Assembly: GCA_030390025.1 (NCBI GenBank)
Contig: CM059432.1
Coordinates: 56,918,001 to 56,982,000 of the forward strand
Source of the DNA: Squalus acanthias
Lineage: Eukaryota
Direction: 5' to 3'
Length of the DNA: 64,000 nucleotides
Below, piece after piece: positions 12,501 through 24,235 of this stretch (position 1 is its first letter; each line of letters opens with the position of its first letter). The position numbers and the translations under genes were made by a program. Under the pieces are notes generated by a model that worked only from the letters and a program-made list of their open reading frames with translations, made no database searches and was not told where the DNA came from.

Positions 12501-12680
12501 TCACCGGGTCAAAATCCTGGAACTCCCTCTCTAACAGCACTGTGGGAGTACCTTCACCACAAGGACTGCAGCGGTTCAAGAAGGCAGCTCACGACCGCCT
12601 TCTCGAGGGCAATTAGGAATGTGCAATAAATGCTGGCCTTGCCAGCGATGCCCACAACCTGGAGAAATTTAAAAAAATAA
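9447..12680 (+). mobile_element. near full-length CR1-group (Zenon-like) LINE with a tRNA-like 5' head and a single decayed EN+RT ORF
   Basis: APE start KVLLTNIWG..PDIVILTESYL from 9854; [56 protein letters not shown]; tail ..AATAAATGCTGGCCTTGCCAGCGATGCCCACA plus A-rich end. Confidence 0.9.
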
Positions 12681-13663
12681 TTAAATGTAGGTATTTCCTA
12701 TAATTTCATATGTAAGTTGAATTGTTGAAACGTTAAGTAAAAATTAAGCAGTATGCCACGATTGAGTCTTCCTCCACCACCTTTTTCTAAATATTTCGGT
12801 CATCTAAACTCCACTACCTTTTTGTAGGCTTGGTTTCTTTTTGCCTTCATCTTTTGAGGCCTGTTTATTTACTCGCTGTTTTTCTAACGGTCTGGTCTGT
12901 ATTGCAGAGGAAGCTTTCCCCTCCACTGTTGTACTGATACATCAGTAAAAAGGTTCCAGCCATAAAATGTATTAATTAATGAGCATAGTTAGAATCATAG
13001 AATGGTGACAGCACAGAATAGGCCATTCGGCCCGTCGAGCCTGTGCCGGCTCTCTGCAAGAGCACTTCAGCAAGTCCCACTCACTCGCCCTTTCCCTGTT
13101 GCCTTTTTTTTCCTTCATGTACTTATCCAATTCTCTTTTGAAAGCCACGATTGAGTCTGCCTCCACCACCCTTTCAGGCAGTGCATTCCAGATCCTAACC
13201 ACTCGCTGCGTAAAAAAGTTTTTCCTCATGTCGCCTTTGGTTCTTTTGCCAATCACCTTAAATCTGTGCCCTCTTGTTCTCGACCCTTTCGCCAATGGGA
13301 ACAGTTTCTCTCTATCTACTCTGTCTGGACCCCTCATGATTTTGAACACCTCTATCGGATCTCCTCTCAACCTTCTCTGCTCCATGGAGAACAACCCCAG
13401 CTTCTCTAGTCTATCCACGTAACTGAAGTCCCTCATCCCTGGAACCATTCTAGTAAATCTTTTCTGCACCCTCTCTAAGGCCTTCACATCCTTCCTAAAG
13501 TGCGGTGCCCAGAATTGGACACAATACTCCAGTTGAGGCCAAATCAGTGTTTTATAAAGGTGGTTCATAACTTTCCGGCATGGACTCGATGGGCCAAATG
13601 GCCTCCTTCTGTGCCGTTATGACTCGATGACTCCTTGCTTTTGTACTCTATGCCTCTATTTAT

Positions 13664-14163
13664 CGAGCAGAAACTGATAGCCAAGTTCCGCACTCATGAA
13701 GACGGTCTCAATCGGGATCTTGGGTTTATGTCACGATACATGACGTGATCCGGACTCGAGTCGTCGTTAGCTTGTTCACAGATGTGATTCCCAGTAAAAA
13801 AGTAAAAATTTTCCCAGTAAAAAAGTAAATTTTTTTTAAAGCTTTTCGTTTTACATACAGACGGCAGCTTTTGACACGTTGGAACCCCTGCGACTACACC
13901 TCATTGTCTCAGTTGTATCTTGCTATGTCTTTTGATGTGGTACCTTCCTGGCTGACTTAATTAACTTTATCACACCTCGGCAGATAGTCAGGATGATTTA
14001 ATTTATTGGTCTGCAATTGTAAAGTACACATGCTTTTTTTTCCATCTATATATGCTCTGGCGATTCTGTATCCAATTTACTTCACCTGAGGAAGGAGCGA
14101 TAGCTCCGAAAGCTTGTGATTTCAAATAAAACTGTTGGACTATAACCTGGTGTTGTGCGACCT
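13664..14163 (+). mobile_element. Penelope-like family B fragment (GIY-YIG C-terminus plus pLTR) nested in CR1
   Basis: Encodes IEQKLIAKFRTHEDGLNRDLGFMSRYMT*; TSD CTCTATTTAT at 13654-13663 and 14164-14173. Confidence 0.85.
14082..14119 (+). ncRNA. minimal hammerhead ribozyme motif (PLE family B), intact core
   Basis: UCAC-CUGAGGA-A-GGAGC-GAUA-GCUCC-GAAA-GCUU-GUGA; stems I and II pair perfectly; palindromic AAGCUU stem III. Confidence 0.8.
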
Positions 14164-15937
14164 CTCTATTTATGAAGCCCAGGGTCCCGTATGCTTTTTT
14201 AACCACTTTCTCAACCTGCCCTGCCACCTTCAACAATTTGTGCACATATATCCCCAGGTCTCTCTGTTCATGCACCTTTTTTAGAATCGTACCCTTTAGT
14301 TTATATTGTCTCTTCTCGTTCTTCCTACCAAAATGTATCTCTTCACACTTTTCTGCATTAAATTTCATCTGCCACGTGTCCACCCATTTCGCCAACCTGT
14401 CTATGTCTTCTTGAAGTCTGTCACTATCCTCCTCACTGTTCACTATACTTCCAAGTTATAGAATCATATAATGGTTACATCACGGAAGAAGGCCATTCTT
14501 TTTGTGTCAACTGCAAATTTTGAAATTATGCCCTGTACACCCAAGTCCAAGTCATTAATATATATGTATTAATATATATCAAGAAAAGCAGTGGTCCTAG
14601 TACCGACCCCTGGGGAACACCACTGTATACCTTCCTCCAGTCCGTAAAACAACCATTCTCCACTACTCTTTGTTTCCTGTCACTTAGCCAATTCGTATCC
14701 ATGCTGCCACTGTCCCTTTTATTCCATGGGCTTCAAATTTGCTGACAAGCCTATTATGTGGCACTTTATCAAACAGCTTTTGGAATTCCACGTACATCAC
14801 ATCAACCGTATTCCCCTCATCAACCCTTTCTGTTACCTCATCAAAAAACTTGACCAAGTTAGTTAAACACGATTTGCCTTTAACAAATCTGTGCTGGCTT
14901 TCCTTAATTAATCCACACTTGTCCAAGACATCGTTAATTTTGTCCCTGATTATTGTTTCTAAAAGCTTCCCCACTACCGAGGTTAAACTGACTGGCCTGT
15001 ATTTGCTGGGTGTTTCCTTGCATCCTTTTTTGAACAAGGATGTAACATTTGCAATTCTCCACCACTCCTGTGTCTAAGGAGGATTGGAAGATTATGGCCA
15101 GTACCTCTGCAATTTCCACCTTTACTTCCCTCAGCATCCTAGGATGCATCCCATCTGGTCCTGGTGACTCATCTACATTAAGTACAGCCAGCCTTTCCAG
15201 TACCTCCTCTTTATCAATTTTTATCCCATCCAGTATCTCCACTACCTCCTCTTTCACTATGACTTTGGCAGCATCTTCTTCCTTGGTGAAGACAGATGCA
15301 AAGTACTGATTTAGTACCTCAGCCATGCCCTCTGCCTCTATGCGTAGGTCTCCTTTTTGATCCCTAATCGGCCCCTATTATAAAATAATGGGACAAAATT
15401 ATGTAACAACCCAGGTGCTTTGGCTAATGTCTCCAAATTAGAGCCTTTTAACGAATGTACTAGCAACAACAGTCAAGGATAAAAGCTTTTAAAAGTATTA
15501 ATAGAGAATGAAAGTGTAATGACTTAGATGAAGGGACCGAGTATAATGTTTCGAAGTTTGCTGACGATATAAAGCTAGGTGGGAAAGTAAGCTGTGAGGA
15601 GTACATAAAGAGCCTGCAAAGGAACATCGACAGGTTAAGTGAGTAGGCAACAAGGTGGCAGATGGAGTATAATGTGGGGAAATGCGAGGTTATTCACTTT
15701 GGTAGGAAGAATAGGAAAACAGAATATTTTTTAAATGGTGAGAAACTATTAAATGTTGGTATTTAGAGAGATTTAGGTGTCCTCGTACTGGAAACACAGA
15801 GGGGTAGCATGCAGATACAGCAAGCAATTAGGAAGGCAAATGGCATGTTGGCCTTTATTGCAAAGGGGTTGGAGTACAAGGGTAAGGAAGCCTTGCTACA
15901 ATTGTACAGGGCTTTGGTGAGACCACACCTGGAATAC

Positions 15938-16706
15938 GTTTTCTGTTGTTATTTCGGATTTCCAGCATCCACAGTATTTTGCTATCGTATTGGTGTTTGG
16001 TCCACTGCCACCTCTCTTCTAGGAATGCCTACCTTGAAGAAGTTCTGCTCTTCTCTTCGACGGAACTTCCGTTTGTCTCTTCAACCTTGTTCATCTTCAC
16101 TGCTTTCAGTTTCCCTTCTCGTGTTTGATCAAGTATCTGCCAAGACTCGGTTTCACAGCCACATTACTTTCCTCAGCAACTGTCTCCGGTTCCGTCTTAT
16201 TCCACGTGGATTCCAACTAAACTTTCACCCTTCGTGTTTCGGATCCACCCAGGATTACAAATATCTCGTTTAGGCACGCTACAGCCCTCTGGACTCAACA
16301 TCGAGTTCAACAATTTTAGATCATAACCTCAGCCCCTATCACATTTATATTTTATTTTTTCATCCACCCTTTTGTTTGGCCCCCCCCCTTTTTTTTCCTC
16401 CCAGAAGCTGGCAGCTGTCCTTCATTCTGCCAGTGCATTTCACACTTAATTTAGCCTCAACCTGTTGCATCAACACCTCCTCTTGCCTTGATTATCTGTT
16501 AATGTCTCTCAATGTTTCTTAATCTCTCCTTTTGTTCTTTCATCCCCTCCCCCTTTTCCCAGCTTTATACTTGCTTTAAATCTATTTAATTTCCTGCTTT
16601 TTTCCAGTTCTGACGAAGGGTCTTCGACCTGAAACGTTAACTCTGTTTCTCTCTCCACGGATGCTGCCTGGCCTGCTGAGTTTTCCCAGTGTTTTCTGTT
16701 GTTATT
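15938..16706 (+). mobile_element. Penelope-like family A, internally deleted unit (ORF N-terminus fused to GIY-YIG C-terminus plus pLTR)
   Basis: TSD CCTGGAATAC at 15928-15937 and 16707-16716; 16-bp terminal direct repeat GTTTTCTGTTGTTATT; MPTLKKF..CLRFRLIPRGFQL at 16025-16273; RLGTLQPSGLNIEFNNFRS* at 16267-16326. Confidence 0.85.
16606..16642 (+). ncRNA. minimal hammerhead ribozyme motif (PLE family A), intact core
   Basis: AGUU-CUGACGA-A-GGGUC-UUC-GACCU-GAAA-CGUU-AACU. Confidence 0.8.
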
Positions 16707-17295
16707 CCTGGAATACTGTGCACAGTTTTGGTCTCCTTAGCTGAGAAATGACATACATGCCTTAGAGATGGTGCAATGAATGTTCACTAGATTGATTCCT
16801 GGGATGAGAGGGTTGTCCTATGAGGAGAGATTGAGTAGATTGGGCCTATACTCTCTGGCGTTTAGGAGAATGAGAGGTGATCTCATTGAAACATATAGGA
16901 TTCTGAGGAGGATTGGCAGGGTAGTTGCTGAGAGATTGTTTCCCCTGGCTGGAGAGTCTAGAGCTAGGAGATATAGCCTCAGGATAAGGCGTCAGACTAT
17001 TAAGACTGAGATAAGGAGGAATTTCTTCACTCAGAGGGTTGTGAATATTTGGAATTCTCTGCCCCAAAGGATGCTGAGTCATTGAGTATATTCAAGGCTG
17101 AGATCGATAGATTTTTGGACTCCAGTTGAATCAAGGGATATGGGGATTGGGCGGGAAAGTGGAGTTGAGGTCGAGATCTTATTGAATAGTGGAGCAGGCC
17201 CGAGGGACCATATGGCCTACTCCTGCTCCTAACTCTCATGTTCTTATGTTATTAATAGAAAATTTATGAAGTAAAAAGATGTTAAATGCATAATT

Positions 17296-17548
17296 TGGGG
17301 TGACCATATTTTCTAAACTGAATCTCCAGGGACAAACAAAAGATGGAAGGAGGCTCGAGTGGAGCATAAACGCCGGCATGGACTGGTTGGGCCGAATGGC
17401 CTATTTCTGTGCTGTATATCCTATGTAATATGTAAAAAAATGGTGGGAGCATAGCAAAGTAGCCAGGACGGGAAATGTAGGTTGCGCAGCGTAGCACGGC
17501 AACATTTTTTAGCAGCCTATATATTAACAGTTGTACATAAAACATGCT

Positions 17549-17592
<44 letters not shown>

Positions 17593-18089
17593 CGTCGCGC
17601 TATTGAAGCACATTAAGACACCTGCCACCCCCCACCCCCACCACCCCCCCAGCCCCGTGACCGAGTGTCTAGGTTTAGCCCGCCCCCCTTTCCCCCGGTG
17701 ACTATGACCGGCCCTCCCGCATGGCCTCTCCCTCAACCGCTCCAGTTGCTGTTTTCTCATGCACTTCGGGCGCCGACAATCCAGTAGCACGAGCCCGTCC
17801 GGAAACTCAAGCAACAACCGGCACATGTGCAGAAAGATCACCCATTTGTGCATGCTCAGTGAGTCACTCGGACCATTGCACAAGTAGTTGTTTAATTTCG
17901 CCTTGGAGCCGCAAACTCACAGCTCAGTGGGGGTACACTCACTGCCCAGGGGTTACACTCGCTGCCCAAGGGTAAACTTCGGGGATGAGTTTTGTGAACT
18001 GGGGTCTCTTCCGGGGACATTGTTTGCTCGGGGACACAGTTCCTCATCCGGGGACTGTCCCTGGAAAACGGGGACATATGGTCACCCTA
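17296..18089. mobile_element. non-autonomous hAT (Blackjack-like) DNA transposon containing a ~90-bp CR1 tail (~17340-17430)
   Basis: TIRs TGGGGTGACCATAT / ATATGGTCACCCTA; 8-bp TSD GCATAATT / GTATAATT; subterminal GGGACA motifs. Confidence 0.85.
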
Positions 18090-18142
18090 GTATAATTAGA
18101 TCTAAAACCAATAACTGGAGCAAAAATACTTGGTGAAATAAT

Positions 18143-18813
18143 AAAATGGTGGCAGGACAAGTTGAGGAGGTTGTTAAAAAGCATATGAGATCCTTTTCTT
18201 TATAAATAGAAGCATAGAGTACAAAAACAAGAAGTTACGCTGACCCTTTATAAATCACTGGTTAGGCTTCAGCTGGCATATTGTGTCCAAATCTAGGCAT
18301 CACAGTTTAGGTAGGAAGTCGACCTTGAAGAGGGTGCAGAGGAGATTTTCCGGTATTATACCAATGATGAGGGACTTCAGTTATGTGGAGAGACTGGAGA
18401 ATCTGGGGTTGTTCTCATTGGAGCAGAGACGGTTAAGGGGAGATGTAATAGAGGTATTCAAAATCATGAAGCATTTTGATGGAGTAAATAAGGAGAAACT
18501 GTTTCCACTGGCAGGAGAATCAGTATCCAGAGGGGACAGATTGAAGATAATTGGCAAAAGACCAAATGGGAGATGAGGAGAATTGTTTTTATGCGCGAGA
18601 TTTTATGACCTGAAATGCACTGCCTGAATCGGTGGTGGAAGCAGATTCAATAGTATCTTTCAGAAGGTAATTGGATATATGTTTGAAAAGGAAATTTTTG
18701 CAAGGCTATGGGGAAAGAGCAGGGGAGTGGGACTAATTCGATAGCTCTTTCAAAGAGCTGGCACAGACACGATGGGCTGAATGGCCTCCATCTGTGCTGT
18801 ACAATTCTATGAC
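18143..18813 (+). mobile_element. CR1 LINE 3' fragment
   Basis: RVQRRF..LGLFSLEQRRLRGD; tail GGCTGAATGGCC..TTCTATGA. Confidence 0.9.
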
Positions 18814-21800
18814 AACTAAAGTATCTCAGAGGCAACAAATGTACGGTAAAAGATTGCTTTTTGACACATTAAAATATAGTTGTAATTATGTAAAATATTT
18901 AAATGGTTTTTTAAAAAATATTATTGTAATTTTTTTTTAAAGTGATAGTGACTATGTTATGGATTAAAATTCTGTGTGAAGTTGTATAGATTAACGCCAA
19001 AGCTAAATTACCTAGGGCACAATTATGTCATTTTTTCTACAATACAATGCAGGAACGGCATGAAAGAAACATACCTTTTTATAGTAAATTTTAGCAATGT
19101 GTTTATGTACTCTTCACCCTGCCCCCACCATCACCAGCATCTGCTGGATCTGTTTTGCGATTGCCAGAAACTTAGAGGCAAAGAGGGAGGTCAGCAGTGA
19201 GAGTACACAAACCATCCATCAATCTGTTGCTAAAGGTAAAATATTTTCCCAACAGATGGTGAGAGTAGTATAGTTTTTTTTTAATTTTAGAGCTGGATTC
19301 TTCACTTCCTCTTCTACATAGAGGAAATATTATTAGGCACTGCCACTTTAATAAAAGATATGGCAACACTAAGTGATTCCAAAAGAAACTTGTCAAATCC
19401 AAAGCCTATTTTCACCTCTGCACAAAGCAAGATTGCATCAATTTATTTCTTTGCATTTTACTGAAAGGCAGTTGAAACAAGAAATAACTGGAAGACTATG
19501 GACTTTCACCACTTGTGTTATAGCTTCAGTCTGGAGAAAAAAATTTACCAACAAGGCCGACTGAACATCCAGCATGTAAAGGATTCTATTTAAATATCAA
19601 ATTAATTAGATTGGTATAGACAACTGGACAATGCATGTTTGATCTATCCAGTTTATTTTTGTCTCTTGTCTTTTTTTCTTGATCATCCCTTCCTGCAAAG
19701 GTTTCTAAACTAAGCAACACTCCTTAAAACAAATATAGCACTTTTACCACAATACAAAGGTTTCCATGATCCAATGATACCTCAAAACTACTTTGCAGAA
19801 ATAAAAATTACAAATATTTGTAAGTTACTGACATGTCCTTTTATATAGCTGTCAATGTGCTAATGTTCTCATTTTTTAAATATTGGATAATAATACATGT
19901 GTATGCTATGAGAACTAGGACTGAAAGGGTTACAGAGAACTGCGAAGGTGTTGTAACAGAGGAGTCTAAAATTAGCTCGGAAAGCTTTTAACATATTCAT
20001 GACGAGAAGTAGTTGCAGAACATGGCAAAGTGTTTGCTGTCATTTGCACCTTAAAATTTTCCCTGCCATGACAAGAATCAAAAATTCTAATTGATAAGAT
20101 AACTATTGTGTGTTTTGAAAAAAAAGCCTTCAGAAATTGAATCAAAGATTTTGTTTTCTAAAGGATTAGTAGAAGAAATTGAGCATAATATTTCAACTGC
20201 AGAAAAGCAATCTTTCTAATCATTATACAATTTAAAATGGTAATTTTCAGCATGGCTTAATAAATTTATCCTTTTTCTCTAATTCTGCCCCTCAGCTTAA
20301 TCTTTATGTAATACTGCACAAGGTAATTCTTATTCTGACTGAATTTCTCTGCACCTTGATGAAATTATCTTTGATGTCAGGCTGTGTGACAGTTAATGAT
20401 TCTGACAAGCTGGGCTATTTTTGGAAAACATTCCTTATTCTCTCCCCGTTGGAAAAGGAAAAGCAACTTGTCGTTAAAAATTAATCCATCTGGAAAGAGG
20501 AAGACTGTGCAGTGAAAGTGCCAGGAGGCACTTGCTGCTTTGCCTGCCACCATTATCACCCTGTGCTTAGCAGTTCCATATTATTTGTTCTACTTACTTC
20601 AGGCTGGCAGGGAAGCAGCTTTGCATACTGAGTGTTGCTGGCATTGTTTATACTAAGGAACCCTGAGCAAACCTTCTCCATTTTAGCCACAAAGATCTTT
20701 CTGCATGTTTCTTTCTTTTTTAAAAACATTTTAAATGTTCAAAACCTCAAAATCCCCATTTTGAAAATCATTTTTGTGGTATTCGTTCAAATATTGACTC
20801 CCTAAACAGAAATAAAATTGCAATTTATCTTTAAAGATTTTTGATATAGTTAAACATAACCATGTTTTATTTCTGGCTCAGTTTCTCTTGCTTAACTTGG
20901 CTGAATACAAGAAAGTCCAGATTTTTAAAATCAATGTGACCATATCGAGTGTGGATTCAGAAGGTGAAAGTGTGTATATGATCAAGGGCTATTTTTCAGC
21001 ATGTAAACACTCCTACTTTTAAATGAGTCCCATTATCTATCTGTTTTGTGCAAAGTAATGCTTTCTTGCATCCAGCTAGAATGGGGACAATATCAGCCAA
21101 TCTATAAATAAAACATTTCTTAAAAACTAAAAGTAATTCCTTTATAGTATTTTTTCAAGTAGTAGCTAATTAAGGGGTAGTAAAGACTAAAAGCTACATT
21201 AACAAAATCTATAAACTCTAGGTCAATGTTCCATTTTCTCAATTGGCCGGTCGGTAAACTTTATGTATGGGAAGTTACCTGACAGCAGGAACATTACTAA
21301 ATAGATTTTTTAAAGTTATTTGTTACCTACTGCTATAAATAAAAGCTGCATAAAATAATTTTGAATTGAAATCTTATTTGCCTTAAAAGTATCTACAGTA
21401 AACCTGCATTTAGTCCATTATTTTTATAAATTAGAAATCTGTTTTTCTTCTGGTCTTGAAATTTTAATAACAGTTTAATCATGAAGAGATTAAATGTGCC
21501 TATAAAATAATAATCTCCATACACGAGTAGTGTTGCTAAAACAATCATTAGCTGAGGAAAAGCGCAACATTTTCACGAGTCAATCATGAATATGGAGCTG
21601 TGTGTCGAACAGTAGACTATATTTCTTGCTGTAGGCATAAGCAGTCTCAGTCTAACACTGCTGGTTTGTCTCATACTCCCAGCTGCGGACTTCATTCGCT
21701 GCTGTTTTCATACTGATATCTCGATTGTTCAGTAAACATTAGGAACTTTCACAGTAATGATACACTTATCAGAATTTATAAAATTACATAGTGTCTGTGT

Positions 21801-21945
21801 AGGCTTTTAAGCAATTAACCTATGTTGTTCAATTAACCTGTGCTGACCATAGTACATAAAGATGGTCAACCAAAGGTTCATTTCATCTGGAAAGAGATGA
21901 TCAACTAAAGCCTCTGCTAGCAAGCTGGTCAACACACACAGTATT

Positions 21946-22335
21946 TACATAGGATATATGGCACAGAAACAGGCCATTCGGCCCAACCAGCCTATGCCGG
22001 TGTTTATGCTCCACACGAGCCTCCTCCTATCTTTCCTCATCTAAATCTATCAGCATAACCCTCTGTCCTCTTTTCCCTCATATACTTGTCTAGCCTCCCC
22101 TTAAATGCATCTATACTATTCACTTCAACCACTCCCTGTGGTAGCAAATTCCACATTCTCACCACTCTTTGGGTAAAGAAGTTTCTTCTGAATTCCCTAT
22201 TGGATTTCTTGGTGACTATCTTATACTGATGGCCTCTAGTTATGCTCTTCCCCACAAGTGGAAACATTCTCTCTCTATCCACTCATAATTTTAATGACCT
22301 CTATTAGGTCACCCCTCAGCCTTCTTTTTTCAAGA
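21946..22335 (-). mobile_element. CR1 LINE 3' fragment, same subfamily as 2200-4363
   Basis: ORF 22037-22282 is nearly identical to the end of ORF 3951-4286. Confidence 0.9.
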
Positions 22336-22909
22336 ATATTTCTGTGCCTAATTGTTTTATTATAATATATTGTCACACATGTCACAGTTTCCATATACGC
22401 TTCTGTGTAACTGTGTCTTGCCTTTCATTCCATCCTGAATTCTTGCTAGCTTGTACCACTGTCTGTTTCAGCATCCTGTGTCAAATGACTGTATTTTTTT
22501 TAAAGCAGCAACATCTTCTTGAAAACGTGTTTGCTGGACCTCTGTTGTACTTATACATATGAACAGTGTTATAAATCATGTGGCAATGTGGCATCACATT
22601 ATTTGCATACAATGTCATCATAAAAATTATGCCTTTTTTTTTCTCCCAAAACAAATAACAAAGTTTGCCAAATGTCTTTTCATGAAGACAGTAGACCTTA
22701 GGAATTTAATGTCAGCCTCAAGACAGTGTCTTTTTAAAGCATCTTTTTTAATATCTTTTGGGATCAATAGAAAAGAGAGCAAGTTCTGCTGATCACTTAT
22801 ATCTCTGACGTACCTCTCTTTGTTATAAGGAGAAATAGACTGGGAGGCGTGGTAACATTTCCCACAATAAAGTTAGCTAAGGATTTTTATTTTTATATGT
22901 TTTAAAGTT

Positions 22910-24235
22910 TTTATTTGGTGAACCTTTGCCCTCATCAATATGAGGCATGTCAATACAAGGGAACATAACGGCCCGGAATTTACGGTTGTAATGATGGCAA
23001 AACTGTCAGTATTCACCATCATTACAACTGTGAAACTGACAGCAACTTCTGGAGTACACATATGTGCAGTTAAACGCGGAAATCCAGAAGTTGCTGTCAG
23101 TCATTCCCTGCTCCTTCTCAGGGCACGCTGTTGAACTCTCCACAGCCGGCAAACAATTGAAATCACTGAAATGATGAGAAGTTGCGCTTTTACACTGGAA
23201 TATCGCTCTTTAAAACCCCCTAAAAGGTTGAGCCTTGTTGAATGAGGTATAACTGGGTTTTTAATGGCGTACTGAGTCATAACTGCTGAACAAACGTTCT
23301 GGCCCTGAAAAAATAATTTTATATTTGTGAATGTCAAATTTTTCCATTATGATAAAAATTCCATTTTTTATAATAGTTTTTTTTAAAGTTTGTTTATGAT
23401 ATTTCGGCTTCTACCTTAATCCCATGTGTGTGTGCCAATCTTTATTTTGCACTCTGTAAAATGATTAAATAGTGATGGAAAATCAGTGCATTTTACTTCC
23501 TGGTTTGCTGTCTATGAGAATTCTTCAATATGATTGGCTGCTTAGCCAGCTAGATGACATCACTGTTGCTGGACGCTGGAGATCCCCTACACTTGGCGTC
23601 AGATTCAAATTGCATCAGGAGAGCTGAAATCGACACCACAGAGATTGCTAGATCTTTGTGGGCAGCTTTATTCGGGGTCAGCGGCAAGCGCCATCACTTC
23701 ACCGCTGACCGTAAAATCCGGGCCAACACTTTGCTAGATTTATCAACCAGTTCCAGCATCAAGCACTGTTGGGTCTAATACAGCACCACCAGATGCAGGT
23801 CATCCCTCTCCTTTCCCTATAATACCTGAGGCTGAACCTCAGAATAGCACACTGGAATATACTAGTACTGGGGATGGCCAATGACATGAACAATATAATT
23901 TTGTTCAAAAAAACTATTCTATTTCTAGAGAATGGATTGAGGGTTATGGTGAATAGGTGGGATTTGTCTATGAAGAAGGTATATGCTTATTAGACGGTGG
24001 CCATTTCCAGTCCCTAAAAAATCTTATGTTTTCATGTTCTTATTGTTTGGCCTCTCTGAGTGTGGTGTCTGGTGTGGTGGACTTACATACATTAGGAACT
24101 AGGTTGAGACTGCCTAAACTCATAGGAACCTTGCATAGGCAGTTGAGACGATATTTCAATCCAATAAGATTTCAATTGCGTGAACCCAGTTTCCAGAGGT
24201 GAAAAGACAGTGTGTTGATTCACTGTCCCATCGCT
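22910..24235 (-). mobile_element. LF-SINE-like old tRNA SINE interrupted by a MITE
   Basis: Minus strand CTTTTCACCTCTGGAAACTGGGTTCA (tRNA head) ..ATGAGTTTAGGCAGTCTCAACCTAGTTCCTA..CAGAGAGGCCAA..GATGAGGGCAAAGGTTCAC resembles the recalled LF-SINE consensus. Confidence 0.5.
22970..23724. mobile_element. PIF/Harbinger-type MITE
   Basis: TIR GGCCCGGA(A/T)TTTACGGT with 16/17 match; 3-bp TSD AAC. Confidence 0.85.

Larger units (their letters stand above)
12984..15375 (-). mobile_element. CR1 LINE, 5'-truncated, interrupted by a PLE and two tiny CR1-tail insertions
   Basis: Minus ORFs 12972-13568, 14003-14443, 14684-15037 and 14934-15326 with RT motifs; tail TAGAATCATAGAA at the left end. Confidence 0.93.
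15518..17250 (+). mobile_element. CR1 LINE 3' portion interrupted by a PLE
   Basis: KFADD region, QQAIRKANGMLAFI..RPHLEY, RRNFFTQRVV; tail TCATGTTCTTATGTT. Confidence 0.92.

Noticed and set aside
15809..16273. CR1-Penelope chimeric ORF
   Set aside because: Chance in-frame read-through across an insertion junction in a dead element.
20400..21520. Cluster of MEF2-like sites (CTATTTTTGG, CTATAAATAA)
   Set aside because: Expected by chance in AT-rich DNA; no conservation evidence available.
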